Shown piece by piece: positions 22,299 to 34,392 of a stretch of DNA of 64,000 bases. Source of the stretch: an uncultured Gammaproteobacteria bacterium (GTDB lineage Bacteria; Pseudomonadota; Gammaproteobacteria; JACCXJ01). The notes under the pieces are model-generated. The model was given only the letters and a program-made list of their open reading frames with translations. It did no database searches and was not told where the DNA came from. The stretch spans positions 384,001 through 448,000 of the forward strand of contig CAVXTM010000001.1 of NCBI GenBank assembly GCA_963764725.1, in the 5' to 3' direction. A program made the translations under genes and the position numbers. How positions within the stretch are numbered: position 1 is the stretch's first letter; the number at the start of each line of letters is the position of its first letter.

Positions 22299-22979
22299 CT
22301 AAGCGTTGCCATCGATAAGCACCGCTTTTATCGGTACGCGCGCGGCAACCCACACATCGACTCGCCTCACCCCCTCGGTACGTAATAAAACCGCGAGCTC
22401 GCGGGCTGTGTGGCCTGTCGTCATTACGTCGTCGACCAGGGCGACGTGGTGATATCGCACAGGTTGGTTTAACCGAAACGCGCGACGCACGTTGCGGCGT
22501 CGCGCTTTAGCCGCTAGGCTAGCCTGTGGAATCGTCTTTCGAGTCCGGACGGCCGCGTCGTGCAGCAACGGGATCCCGAGGCATTCGGCGAGGGGCTTAG
22601 CGAGTTCAACTGCTTGGTTATAGCCGCGGTTGAAGAGGCGTTTCCAGTGCAGGGGAATGGGAATCAAGCACTCGGGCAAGTCGGTCTGTAAGCGCGCAAT
22701 CTGTTGATACATTAGACGCGCAACGAGTTCCGCGTAAGCGAGGCGTTGCGAGAACTTGATCGCTTTGATCAGCATATCGACAGGGAAGGCATAGTGATAC
22801 GGAGCGAAGCACAGTCCAAAGGGCGGCGGGTGTTGTAGGCAGGTACCGCAGATCGTATTCACCGGTAACGGGAGAGCACAGGTGCGGCATGCGTTTGTAT
22901 TCGCCGGCAGGGCCTCGGAACAAGCTTGGCAGAGGAAGCCTATTGAGCGGATCCGAGCATCGCAAAGGACACAGTGCAT
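22299..22979 (-). CDS. comF: ComF family double zinc-ribbon phosphoribosyltransferase-like protein
   Basis: Four CxxC pairs, [15 protein letters not shown]; divergent from bioB. Confidence 0.9.
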   Translation of the reverse strand: MHCVLCDARIRSIGFLCQACSEALPANTNACRTCALPLPVNTICGTCLQHPPPFGLCFAPYHYAFPVDMLIKAIKFSQRLAYAELVARLMYQQIARLQTDLPECLIPIPLHWKRLFNRGYNQAVELAKPLAECLGIPLLHDAAVRTRKTIPQASLAAKARRRNVRRAFRLNQPVRYHHVALVDDVMTTGHTARELAVLLRTEGVRRVDVWVAARVPIKAVLIDGNA

Positions 22980-23051
22980 GGGCTATCCGTTAATCGGCAA
23001 GGGCGCGCGTACCGGTTTAATAACGTGGCTAATGAAGACACACTTAACACC

Positions 23052-24047
23052 ATGATGAACGCGCGTACAAGGGGCTCTTTGTTTTCCGATCCGGCTCTGA
23101 AACTCCGAGAGCTTAGGCATGATTGGAAAACAACAGAGGCTATATATTTATATAGTCTTCCATTTTCGGATCTTCTGTTTCGAGCGCAAAGCGTTCATCG
23201 GCGACATTTTAAGTCCAATACTGTTCAGCTCAGCACATTGCTTAATATCAAGGCCGGGGGTTGTCCGGAAGACTGCGCGTATTGCCCGCAGAGCGCGCGC
23301 TACGTCACTTCGGTAAAAGCCGCACGCATGCTTGATGTTGCCATGGTCACGGAGGCGGCCGAAAAGGCTAAACGCGAAGGGGCGACAAGGTTTTGCATGG
23401 GGGCCGCTTGGCGTAGCCCGCGTCGGGATGATCTGGAGCGCGTGCTTGAAATGGTGAGTGCGGTCAAGTGCCTCGGCTTGGAAACATGCGCGACGCTGGG
23501 CATGTTAACGGCGGAACAAGCCGAGGCGCTAAAAGACGCAGGGCTCGATTATTACAACCACAACCTCGATACCTCCTCCGCGTACTACCCTCGAATTATC
23601 ACTACACGAACGTATGAGGACAGGTTGCGCACCCTCCGGCATGTGAGAGCCGCAGGGATGCGGGTATGTTGCGGTGGGATCATCGGTCTGGGCGAGAGCC
23701 GTCGCGATCGCTGTTCTTTATTGATGACCCTCGCCAACCTTCCTGAACATCCCGAAAGCGTGCCGATCAATCTTTTGGTGCGGGTTGAGGGAACGCCGCT
23801 GGGCGCTACCGAGATCCCGGATCCCTTCGAGATGGTGCGCACCATTGCGCTCGCGCGCATCTTAATGCCCGCATCCTACGTAAGGTTATCGGCCGGCAGG
23901 AGCAGCATGTCGGATGAGCTGCAAGCCCTTTGTTTTCTTGCCGGAGCTAACTCTGTGTTTTATGGAGAGCAGCTCTTGACGACGGAGAATCCCGCGGCAG
24001 CTCATGATCGGCGGCTATTTCACCGCCTCGGGATAACGCCAGCTTGA
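23052..24047 (+). CDS. bioB: Biotin synthase
   Basis: [11 protein letters not shown] radical SAM motif, YNHNLDT, PESVPIN, VRLSAGR. Confidence 0.97.
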   Translation: MMNARTRGSLFSDPALKLRELRHDWKTTEAIYLYSLPFSDLLFRAQSVHRRHFKSNTVQLSTLLNIKAGGCPEDCAYCPQSARYVTSVKAARMLDVAMVTEAAEKAKREGATRFCMGAAWRSPRRDDLERVLEMVSAVKCLGLETCATLGMLTAEQAEALKDAGLDYYNHNLDTSSAYYPRIITTRTYEDRLRTLRHVRAAGMRVCCGGIIGLGESRRDRCSLLMTLANLPEHPESVPINLLVRVEGTPLGATEIPDPFEMVRTIALARILMPASYVRLSAGRSSMSDELQALCFLAGANSVFYGEQLLTTENPAAAHDRRLFHRLGITPA

Positions 24048-24175
24048 ACTCTTCGGTCTTATACGTACGAAATGTTGGTCGTAACAATGTTTGGCTTCGG
24101 TCCTCTTGCAGCCGGTTCCGGATAAAGCAAGGATATCGAGGGCGAAGAAAGTAAGCATGAAGAAGAAATGCAAGG

Positions 24176-25375
24176 ATGGCAGCACTGAATAGCGATGCTA
24201 ACGCGCCAGCGTTCGACACAGTCCTGCTTGCTGGACTGCAACACCTCAAAGAGCACTATCAATATCGCACACGCTGGGTTAAAGAAGCCGCAGAAGGTCC
24301 GGAGATCGAAGTCGAAGGTCGTCGCTATGTCGATTTCTCCAGCAACGATTATCTCGGTTTAAGCGGCGACCCGCGCGTTGTTACCGCGTTTCGGCGTGGT
24401 TTGGGGCGCTATGGCGCCGGGGCCGGGGCGTCGCATCTGGTCTCGGGTCATTGTCAGCCTCATCACGCGCTGGAAGTGGAATTGGCAGCGTTTACCGGCC
24501 GGCCCAGGGCGCTGCTATTCTCGACAGGCTATCTGGCGAACCTCGGGATCGCCAGCGCGTTGTTTCGGCGAAACGATACCGTGATCCAGGATCGGGCCAA
24601 CCATGCCTCGCTGGTCGATGCGGCGATCCTCGCGCACGCACGCCTGGTGCGTTATCCCCATCGCGATATCGGGGCGCTTGAACGCCTGCTTTCAAAGGGC
24701 CGGGGCGGGAGCACCTATGTCGTGACCGATGCTGTTTTTAGCATGGACGGGGGCCTCGCACCTTTGGTCGAAATCGCCGCCTTGTGCGCGCGGCACGAAG
24801 CGGTGTTGGTGGTTGATGATGCGCATGGGTTCGGCGTGTTGGGAGCGGATGGGGCGGGCGCCTTGAATCAGCTCGGGCTTGGGCTTCAGGAGGCGCCGAT
24901 CCTCATGGCCACCTGCGGTAAGGCATTGGGCGTATTCGGGGCGTTTGTGGCGGGTTCGGAGCCCCTCATCGAAACACTCATTCAGCGTGCCCGGAGTTAT
25001 ATTTACACCACGGCGATGCCGCCAGCGATGGCCGAAGCAGTGCGCGAAAGCCTCGCGTTGCTGCGTCTCGAGGGGTGGCGTAGGACGCATTTGCAGACGC
25101 TCATCGAACACTTCAGGGCTGGGGCGCGACGCCTTGGGGTAAAGCTTGGCGACTCCCGTACACCGATCCAGCCGGTCATTATAGGTCACAGCCGCACGAC
25201 CTTGGAGGTGGCGGCATTTCTGCGGCGCAACGGATACTACGTCGTCGCTTTCCGGCCACCAACGGTGCCGAAGGGTACGGCCCGATTGCGGATCACCCTC
25301 ACGGCAAATCACACGCCAGCGCATGTCAATGGGTTACTGGCGACGCTCACCGAGATCCCATGCGCTGTTTCATAG
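24176..25375 (+). CDS. bioF: 8-amino-7-oxononanoate synthase
   Basis: FSSNDYLG, NHAS, FSMDG, DDAHG, TCGKA, RPPTVP. Confidence 0.95.
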   Translation: MAALNSDANAPAFDTVLLAGLQHLKEHYQYRTRWVKEAAEGPEIEVEGRRYVDFSSNDYLGLSGDPRVVTAFRRGLGRYGAGAGASHLVSGHCQPHHALEVELAAFTGRPRALLFSTGYLANLGIASALFRRNDTVIQDRANHASLVDAAILAHARLVRYPHRDIGALERLLSKGRGGSTYVVTDAVFSMDGGLAPLVEIAALCARHEAVLVVDDAHGFGVLGADGAGALNQLGLGLQEAPILMATCGKALGVFGAFVAGSEPLIETLIQRARSYIYTTAMPPAMAEAVRESLALLRLEGWRRTHLQTLIEHFRAGARRLGVKLGDSRTPIQPVIIGHSRTTLEVAAFLRRNGYYVVAFRPPTVPKGTARLRITLTANHTPAHVNGLLATLTEIPCAVS

Positions 25376-25658
25376 AACGGCGAGGGCAGGGTATCCCGCT
25401 GCTCTTCATTCACGGGCGGGGATTCACCGGCTCGATCTGGGACGAATTCATCGGGGGCTAACACAGGCTCTGAGCAGGATGGAGACCACCGCGTCAGCTA
25501 TACTACGAGACCGCGATCCCTTAACTCCGGTTCGTGTTGCCGATCCTCTGATGCGCTTGTCTCCGCGTTTATGCACCTACGTCATCGCTGGCGCGGGGCA
25601 TGTGCCTTTTGTCTCGCATCAATACGAGACCCGGCGGGTGTTGCGAGAGTTGTTTTGA
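25360..25658 (+). pseudogene. bioH: Pimeloyl-ACP methyl ester esterase, internally deleted
   Basis: N-terminus MRCFIERRGQGIPLLFIHGRG..W then stop; C-terminus AGHVPFVSH in another frame; GxSxG region absent; sits between bioF and bioC. Confidence 0.8.
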
Positions 25659-26563
25659 TGCCAACAACCTTTCCGGACGCCTATCGGCTTGATAAAAAGC
25701 GCTTGGCGGCCGCGTTTAATCGCGCGGCGCCGAGCTATGACCGGCACGCCGTGTTACAGCAAACCGTGGCCATGCGCATGCTGGAGCGTCTAGCGCTAGT
25801 AAAGATTACTCCCAGGAGGGTGCTGGATGCGGGCGCTGGCACGGGTTACGCCGCGGGCTTTTTGCGCCGCACCTATCGGCCCGAGGCGCTTGTGGCCTTC
25901 GATATTGCCCACGGAATGCTGCGGCAGGCACGGAGGCATGCACCGAGTTTCTTATCGCGCCAGGTTTATCTTTGCGGCGATGTGGAACGCCTGCCCTTAG
26001 CCGCGGAAAGTATCGACCTCGCGTTCTCCAATCTCTCGCTGCAATGGTGCAACGATCTCGACCGGGTGCTCGAAGAATTCCGCCGGGTTCTGACTACCCA
26101 AGGGCTCTTGATGTTTTCGACCTTCGGGCCGGATACGCTCGGCGAGCTACGGGCAAGTTGGGCGAAGGTGGATAAGCGAATTCACGTTCATGGATTCGCC
26201 GATATGCACGACATCGGTGATGCGCTCATTCGCGCCGGCTTCAGTGGCCCGGTGCTGGACGTCGAGCGTTTCACGATGACCTACCCTGATGCCTATGCGC
26301 TGATGCGGGATCTGAAAACGATCGGGGCGGTTAACGCGGCGCAAGGCCGCCATCGCGGTCTCACCGGCAAAGGTCAATTGACAGCGCTTGTGAACGAATA
26401 CGAACGCTTTCGCTGTCACGGCTTGCTACCGGCGACCTTCGAAGTCGTTTATGGGCATGCGTGGGTACCGGAAGCCGGGGTGCGGGCGCAGGACGGAAGC
26501 ACGGTCGCGGCGTTTCCCATCGAACAGCTTAGAAGCGCTATCAAGGTGCGCTTACCGCACTGA
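25658..26563 (+). CDS. bioC: Malonyl-ACP O-methyltransferase
   Basis: FNRAAPSYD, VLDAGAGTG, SNLSLQW, FSTFGPDTL, DMHDIGD. Confidence 0.95.
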   Translation: MPTTFPDAYRLDKKRLAAAFNRAAPSYDRHAVLQQTVAMRMLERLALVKITPRRVLDAGAGTGYAAGFLRRTYRPEALVAFDIAHGMLRQARRHAPSFLSRQVYLCGDVERLPLAAESIDLAFSNLSLQWCNDLDRVLEEFRRVLTTQGLLMFSTFGPDTLGELRASWAKVDKRIHVHGFADMHDIGDALIRAGFSGPVLDVERFTMTYPDAYALMRDLKTIGAVNAAQGRHRGLTGKGQLTALVNEYERFRCHGLLPATFEVVYGHAWVPEAGVRAQDGSTVAAFPIEQLRSAIKVRLPH

Positions 26564-27301
<738 letters not shown>

Positions 27302-27627
27302 CCCCTTCGATTCATCTCGGGACATGCTGGTTAGACTTCTATCTCCGCAACCATGACTTTCCGAAGGCCTATTCAAAAATCGCCGCATAATGTACTTTGT
27401 TAATTGCAAAGAAGTCACGTTGGAAGACTCTAATAGCCAGCGGCTTTCGACCACGAACGACTTGAAACTCATCTGACGTCGCTCGTCACTGGCAGGGGGA
27501 TCGGAATCTGCCAATGCCTAGGCGTCTTGTACTTTCCGATCCGGATGGGTTCGCTTGGTGACGAGGCCGCGCGGCGGCCATTTACGCGCGCGTTTGGTTG
27601 CTGGCGACACATGAAGAGGAGACGAAC

Positions 27628-29631
27628 ATGCCTCACGTCAACTTTGGCACAAAAGAGGAACCCGGTTTCGAACTCAAGGAGAGTCCCGACTTGATCGCGG
27701 TGCGAACTCGCAGTCGCCGATCGGTGGTGGGGGTGGGGCCGGTGTCTCAGCCGAGCGCCGCCGAAGTGAGCGATGGAACACTGGTGGCGAGCTTCCCCGA
27801 TGCGGGGGTGGAAGTCTATCGTGTCCCCACCACCCGCCGATCCGTGGACAAACGTAAGTTGGCATTGCGCGCGATGCCGGACGTGCGGTTCGCTGGGTCG
27901 GTCCTCGTTCAACCCAAGACTGGAAAGCCGGTGCTCTATAGCGAGAACATCTATATCCGGTTCAAGGAGACCGTCGATCCCGACGACTGCGAGACGATCC
28001 TTCGCGAGGCTGGACTGACAATTAAGGAGCGGCTGGAATTCGCGACCAACGCGTACTTCGTAGCTGCTCCGGAAGGGACCGGACAGAAAGTGTTCGACGT
28101 CGCTTCGGATCTGTTGAAGCGAAAGGATGTCATCTATTGTCACCCGGAACTGCTCGAGACGCGGGCGCTCAAGGGGATCTTTCCGCAGCAGTGGCACCTC
28201 AAACTGACGACCGTCGGCGGAGTGGCGATAAACGCCCATGCAAACGTCGAGGCGGCCCACACGATCGCCAAGGGGGCCGGGGTCACGATCGCGGTCATCG
28301 ACGATGGCGTGGACATCGACCATCCCGAGTTCGGCGGGTCGGGCAAGATCGTCGCGCCGCGTGACGCGACACTCCAGACCGATGATCCGCGGCCGAAGGC
28401 AAACGCTGAAAAACACGGTACCGCGTGCGCCGGCGTCGCCAGTGGCATCGGCCTCGACGGCGCATCCGGCGTGGCACCATCGGCCAGGTTGATGCCGATC
28501 CGACTGGCATCCGCGCTCGGCTCCGTTCGCGAAGCCGAAGCGTTTCGGTGGGCGGCCGATAATGGGGCCGATGTCATTTCGTGCAGTTGGGGCCCAGAGG
28601 ATGGAGCGTGGTGGGATCCCAGCGATCCCGCACACACCGCGCCCGTCCAGCTTCGGGCCAGCACGCGCGACGCCATCGACTATGCCGTCACGAATGGTCG
28701 TGGCGGGAAGGGATGCGTGATCCTGTTCGCAGCGGGGAACGGGAACGAGTCCGTCGAGTTCGACGGGTACGCGAGCTACGAGAAGGTGATCGCCGTGGCG
28801 GCGTGCAATGACCTGGGCAAGCGGAGCGTTTACAGCGACTTCGGCAAGGCCGTCTGGTGTGCCTTCCCCAGCAGCGATATCGGCCACGCCCCGTTCAATC
28901 ATCCTGAACCGCTGACTGACGGGATCTGGACCACCGATCGGCTCGGCCAGCGAGGCTATAACCCGGGCGACCCGCAGTTCGGTGACGCCGCCGGAAAGTA
29001 CACGAACAGCTTTGGCGGCACGTCTAGCTCGTGCCCGGGTGCGGCGGGTGTGGCGGCCCTGGTTCTGTCCGCGAACGCGACCCTGCGTTGGAACGAGGTC
29101 AAGGACATCCTTCGCCGAGCGTGCGACCGGATTGATCCGCAGGGTGGCGCCTACAGCGCCAGCGGGCACAGCAAGTTTTACGGTCACGGACGGCTGAACG
29201 CTGAGACCGCAGTCAAACTCGCGAAGCAAGCGGTCGGGAAGCTGGTCATCGTCAACAAGGTGCTCAATGAATCCATTCCGGATCTCGGCAGTGTGGAAGG
29301 GACTGTGGACGTTACGGAGACGACCCCCGTCGAAAAGCTCGCCATCTCCGTCCGGCTGCAACATACCTACATCGGGGATCTGGTGATCACTTGCCGTACC
29401 GCCCGCCGGCAGCGGACTTCCGAAGGTCGTCCTACACAATCGCTCCGGCGGCAGCCGGAACGATATCGACCGGCAGTACGACCCATCGAACACCCAGAGG
29501 TTGACCGCGTATTCCGGGATGAAGTGCAACGGAACCTGGACGGTGCGGGTCGAGGACAAGGCCGCGCAGGACTCAGGGACGCTGAATGGAAATTGGGTTG
29601 CACATGTTCCTGACAACGGCCCAACCGAGTG
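27628..29631 (+). CDS. S8 subtilisin/kexin-like peptidase with C-terminal P-domain (frameshift near 29390)
   Basis: Triad motifs VIDDG, HGTACAG, GGTSSS; P-domain HTYIGDL continues in another frame as VVLHNRSGG...GTWTVRVED..DSGTL. Confidence 0.88.
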
Positions 29632-29839
29632 ATGGGGGGGCCACCCCAAACGAGGCCCACGTTCCGGGACGAAGCACATCGAGGCGCGAGAAGTCGGCGG
29701 GCTCCAGCGCCCGTAAGAAGACGAAGCATTGACAGGCGGCAACGGCTCGTGGGGGGCGCGATCCGGATTGGGAAGCCCGTGCTTTGCCTTTGCGTCCGAC
29801 GAGGAGCATGACGCCCCTCCATCGAAGATGAGCAACCGC

Positions 29840-30035
29840 CGGGGAATTATTTCAAACCGCGAGATTGAGCGCTGTTGCCGGGAGAAGATTATTTATGGCG
29901 CTAAGTGCGGATACCCAGCCGCATTTCAGCACCCCTGCCAATTTTATTTCTTCGATGAGCGAGGAGATCCCACTATTGTTTCGCGATGTGCTGTTTTACT
30001 GTGATGAGATGGGATTGATCGGCCGGAAGCCCTTT
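29840..30035 (+). mobile_element. IS1182-family transposase remnant
   Basis: GIISNREIERCCRE.. / MALSADTQPHFST / LFRDVLFYCDEMGLIG across frameshifts. Confidence 0.7.
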
Positions 30036-30124
30036 CGCTGAAATGCGATGATAGGCTGAACAGTTACCACGCTTCATCCTATCTACCCATTCCGGCTTCA
30101 TCGGCCGGGAAGTCGATTCACCAC

Positions 30125-30172
30125 TTGACATTGCAAGTCCGCCGGCTAGAATACCATCCATATGGATGGTAT
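30125..30172 (+). promoter_or_regulatory. Sigma70 promoter overlapped by a palindromic operator
   Basis: TTGACA-16 bp-TAGAAT; perfect 22-bp palindrome ATACCATCCATATGGATGGTAT at 30151-30172. Confidence 0.75.
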
Positions 30173-30201
30173 GTGGATGGTAGGAGCGTCGCGGAGGGTT
30201 T

Positions 30202-30619
30202 ATGAGCGTGCAGGATCTGCGGTCGAAAGCAAGCGACAGCGAGAAGATTACGATTAATCTCGGGTTCATCGATCTGGGGCAGATTGACTTGTTGGTGCAC
30301 GAACGAAGGGTTTTATTCCAACCGCACTGACTTCATCCGCACTGCGATACGCAACCAACTGACAACGCATGCCGAGGTAGTGAAACTGACCGTGGCCCGA
30401 AAGACCTTGGTTCTCGGCCTGCAGGATTTCAGCCGCGAGGATCCTGAGACCGTGCAGGCGGCCGGACAGAAGCTCCAGATCCAGGTCCTCGGTCTGGCCC
30501 GCATTGCCCAGGATGTGTCGCCCGAACTGGCCCGCGCCACCATCGATTCAGTCACCGTATTGGGTGCTTTGCACGCGAGTGCGGCAGTCAAGGTTGCCTT
30601 AGCCGATCGGATCCACTAA
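30202..30619 (+). pseudogene. CopG/ribbon-helix-helix regulator, frameshifted near 30300
   Basis: SEKITINLGFIDLGQIDLLV joins EGFYSNRTDFIRTAIRNQL across a CGAA duplication. Confidence 0.85.
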
Positions 30620-30872
30620 TCAGCAGAGCGAGGTATGGGATATGAACGAGGCAATGCGCGCTGGGATGCTAAAGGCCACCCGCCTGATCCGCGCACGCGG
30701 GCTCCTCGAGGCCACCGTCACGATTCAACGCACGCTGCGGAGCATCGTCGCGCCGCACGCTGCGGCCGATTCCCCCGGTCCGACCACGGATGGGTCAATC
30801 GAGGGCACCTTTCGTGTCATTGATGCCGACTCCGTCGCTTCGCCTGGTAGTGCCGATGTACGCCAAAGACCT

Positions 30873-30977
30873 GTTCACGGGCCGTCCACACGCTTCCGCG
30901 CGCCGCGGCGTCCCCATTTCTGGGGTTCACGGGCCGTCCACACGGTTCCGCGCGCCGCGGCGTCCGCATTGCTGGGG
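30873..30977 (+). repeat. Near-perfect tandem duplication, 52-bp period
   Basis: GTTCACGGGCCGTCCACACG.TTCCGCGCGCCGCGGCGTCC.CATT.. occurs twice. Confidence 0.9.
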
Positions 30978-31500
30978 AAACTACGAGCCGGCATCCCAGC
31001 CCGCCCCCGCTCCAGACCGAGCATGCGACGTGGTGCCCGGGGGGCGGTTCCTCACCGGGTCCTACACCAATCAGGCGGGAACTCGCGCCTACAAGCTGTA
31101 CATTCCCAGTGGCTACCATGGGCAGACGCTGCCCTTAGTCGTTATGCTCCATGGCTGTACGCAGACCCCCGACGATTTCGCCGCCGGCACCGGCATGAAT
31201 GTGCTCGCCGAAGAACACCAGTGCTTCGTGGTGTATCCTGCCCAGGCGCCTGCCGCCAATGGGTCGAAATGTTGGAATTGGTTCAATGCGGCTGACCAGC
31301 ACCGCGACCAGGGAGAGCCATCCATCATTGCCGGTATCACCCGTCGAATCGTCGGCACCTACCCCGTCGACGCGCGGCGGGTCTACGTGGCTGGACTATC
31401 AGCCGGCGGGGCGATGGCCGCGATCATGGGGATGACCTACACCGATCTTTATGCGGCCGTCGGCATCCATTCCGGGCTTCCCTACGCTGTCGCCCACGAT

Positions 31501-31568
31501 CTTCCTTCCGCCTAACCGCGATGAAGCAGGGCGCCTTCCTTCCGCCCTAACCGCGATGAAGCAGGGCG
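31501..31568 (+). repeat. Tandem duplication, 34-bp period
   Basis: CTTCCTTCCGCC(C)TAACCGCGATGAAGCAGGGCG occurs twice. Confidence 0.9.
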
Positions 31569-32231
31569 GGCCGGCCCCTGGCCGCCAGCGAGACGTCGGT
31601 GTTCCAGCGGCGGAGCGATGCTCGCTGGTCGTCCCAACAATCGTGTTCCACGGGGATCGGGATACAAAGGTACACCCCCGCAACGGCGACCAAGTGATCG
31701 CACAATGGACGACGATCCATGCCCGTGATGGGGCGCACAACAAGACAAGGGTGGATCCGCAGATAACCGTCCAGCGGGGTCAAGTGCCTGATGGCCATGC
31801 CTACACCCGCGCCATCTACCACGACGCGAGCGGGCAAGCCATCCTAGAGCAGTGGTGGGTCCACGGGGCCGGGCACGCGTGGTCGGGTGGGAGTTCCAGT
31901 GGCTCGTATACCGATCCTAAAGGGCCCGATGCGGCTAAGGAGATGATCCGCTTTTTTTATGAACACCCGCGCCGCGAGGCGCCAGAGCGAGCTTGCGCTG
32001 AACGTGGAGCAGATCCTTCTGGACATACAGCGCCGCAATAGGCCTCGTAGGCTGGACTGACAGGCGCAACAATCGAAGCCGAGCTTCGTCCATGCTTAGG
32101 CGTCACGAAGCTAGCCAGTCAGCCCAGCCACTAATGGAGGACATTCTACCAGCGGGTCCACGCAACGACACTAAGGTGCGTAATCCCCAACACGGGCGAA
32201 GCGGGGGATATCCCAGTCGGCAGTGCGATAG

Positions 32232-32420
32232 TCAGCCCCAGCACTGGCGCACCGCAGGCATCGTCTGCAGAATGCGAAGCGCCGGCGTGGGCTTCATCAT
32301 CTGGAGCACCGTCGCTTCCAACCGCTCAATCGCCTGTTGAGCGGCCCGTTGTACCCCCGCCGCCAACTGCTCACCCGCATCCACTGAGCCCGCAGATCGG
32401 TCTAGGTGAACACCGTCCAT
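32232..32420 (-). mobile_element. Possible IS110-family transposase fragment
   Basis: QAIERLEATVL...LRILQTMPAV resembles the segment preceding the IS110 PGIG motif. Confidence 0.4.
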
Positions 32421-32840
32421 GTTCGCGCACCTGGCAGCAAGAATTTATTTTTTATTGATCATTTCAGGATCCTGTGGTATACATAGCACAAGGTTTTGCA
32501 AATAACTGTTGACTTGTTGAACCAATTTATGAGAAAAAAGCAGGAGATTTTGTGCAGGGGACGGATGGCCCGTCGCAAGGTGGTTTTCACAGTTTCATGA
32601 GCAATATCAAAGATCTTGGGCCTCCATTGATCTTTATTTTTGTACTTCCTTTGTCAAGCGAGCAAGGTTATTCACGAAATTGATTGCTAAAGCGAAACGA
32701 GTCGTGTATTTTTGTCGTTGCGGAATTGCCACAATTTAATGCGCATTGAGTTGTATAGGTGCACGAATGGTGATTGCGTCCGCGCACGGTTACCCCTACG
32801 GTGTGGGCGCTCGTCAGGTCTTGGGGACGGAGTTACGAGA

Positions 32841-33365
32841 ATGATGAAATTATTTTTCGCACTTTCTGGAATTGCGTTAAGCACAGTTGCAATGGCGCAA
32901 TCGACTGGCATGCCGCCCTACACCCCTGATCCCGGCCCAGTGGCCGGGAATTGGGAAGCAGCGATAGCCGGCACGGGCTCATCGGACGAGAGCTTCGATA
33001 ATACAGATTTTGCCGTCGCCGGCTCGATCGGATACTACCTGACCAAGAATATCCCACTCAGTTTCAGGCAAAGAGTCTTTTTTAGCGAGCGGAATGACAG
33101 CACCCAAATCGACGGTAGTTCGATATTTCAGGCTGCTTATCAGTGGGATCTTGCACGCTGGCAGCCATACCTCGGCTTGAACCTCGGCGGGCAATATGGT
33201 GCGGGTGTCACCGACGCCGGCCTCTGGGGTCCTGAAGGGGGCGTCAAATATTTCGTAAACGAGAGCACTTTTCTTTTTGGGAGCGTTGGTTACGAAATGG
33301 AGATCGATTCGTGCTGCAACGACGGGAGAATTCCCTACCAGCTCGGCGTTGGTTTCGACTTCTAG
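32841..33365 (+). CDS. Small outer-membrane beta-barrel protein
   Basis: Signal peptide, amphipathic strands (WQPYLG, GGVKYF), terminal Phe (LGVGFDF). Confidence 0.8.
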   Translation: MMKLFFALSGIALSTVAMAQSTGMPPYTPDPGPVAGNWEAAIAGTGSSDESFDNTDFAVAGSIGYYLTKNIPLSFRQRVFFSERNDSTQIDGSSIFQAAYQWDLARWQPYLGLNLGGQYGAGVTDAGLWGPEGGVKYFVNESTFLFGSVGYEMEIDSCCNDGRIPYQLGVGFDF

Positions 33366-33460
33366 GCTAACGAATAGACACTATAGACGTTCCGGCCCGG
33401 CCGTTTGATCGGTTCTCGCGTTGAGATGCCGGGGCAACCCTACGAGGGAGGACATAGACA

Positions 33461-34312
33461 ATGACTTCTGTAAAGAGATTCGCGATCCTGATGATCGCGG
33501 CGTTTACGCTAACCGGATGTGCATCGCGGCCGATGAATCAGCTCGGTAGCATAAAACCGTACGGCGAAGGCTTTAACGATGCCTTGGCGCAGGATTATAT
33601 CGCGCTGTCCAACGCGGAGGCGTTGCAGGGCGACAACCGGGATGCTGATACCTACGCGCAGCGGGCCATGGCCGCAGCCGCAGGCCAGCCGACGGGGCCG
33701 GATCAGGTCGAGCTAAGGCAGCCATTCCTGAAAGGTAAGTATGTCTCGGAGCTGTCCGATGCGCGCCTGCGGTTGGTCTCGGCGCTCGACAAGACTGGCC
33801 GGACCAAAGCACCTGACGATGCGGCCCACGCCCAAGCGTCTTACGATTGCTGGATAGAGCAGGCTTCCGAGGACCTGCAACCGGCGGACATCGACGCCTG
33901 CAAGCAAGCTTTCATGGATGCAATCGCCAAGGTCGAGGCAGCGCTAGTCGAAGAGCCGCCGCCAGCGGAGGTTGCTGCCCCACCGAGCTATATGGTGTTC
34001 TTCGATTTCGACAAGTATGATGTAACGTCTGACGGTATGAGCGTCGTCGAGAGTGCGGCGGCCGATGCCAGCGGTACGCCGTTCAAGAGGATCGTCGTGC
34101 AGGGTCATACGGATACGGTCGGCTCTGCAGAGTATAATATGCAACTATCACAGCGCCGTGCGGATGCGGTGAGGTCCGCTATGGCCGACTTCGGTACGCA
34201 AGCTGATGCCATTGACACCGAGGCCTTCGGCTTTACGGATCTGTTGGTACCCACCGGTGACGGTGTTCCGGAGGCGCAAAACCGACGGGCTGTGATTGTC
34301 ATCGAGCGCTAA
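33461..34312 (+). CDS. OmpA-family lipoprotein
   Basis: Lipobox LTGC; VFFDFD, GHTDTVG, YNMQLSQRRA, NRRAVI. Confidence 0.92.
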   Translation: MTSVKRFAILMIAAFTLTGCASRPMNQLGSIKPYGEGFNDALAQDYIALSNAEALQGDNRDADTYAQRAMAAAAGQPTGPDQVELRQPFLKGKYVSELSDARLRLVSALDKTGRTKAPDDAAHAQASYDCWIEQASEDLQPADIDACKQAFMDAIAKVEAALVEEPPPAEVAAPPSYMVFFDFDKYDVTSDGMSVVESAAADASGTPFKRIVVQGHTDTVGSAEYNMQLSQRRADAVRSAMADFGTQADAIDTEAFGFTDLLVPTGDGVPEAQNRRAVIVIER

Positions 34313-34340
34313 GGATCTGCTGCGCTTCTGCGCACGTGCG

Positions 34341-34369
34341 GACGCCGCCCCCAGGGCGGCGTCTTTTTT
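34341..34369 (+). terminator. Rho-independent terminator
   Basis: GACGCCGCCC-CCA-GGGCGGCGTC followed by TTTTTT. Confidence 0.85.
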
Positions 34370-34392
34370 ACGTGCCGGCCACGAACTCAGCG

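Larger units (their letters stand above)
30642..32041 (+). pseudogene. PHB depolymerase family (LpqC-like) esterase broken by two tandem duplications
   Basis: MLHGCTQ, CWNWF, GLSAGG, FHGDRD, GHAWSGG motifs spread over three frames. Confidence 0.88.

Noticed and set aside
27469-29835. 788-aa minus-strand ORF
   Set aside because: Antisense shadow of the S8 peptidase; no recognisable motifs.
30873-31568. Direct repeats as a possible CRISPR array
   Set aside because: Only two adjacent copies each, no spacers, inside a gene, and no cas genes.
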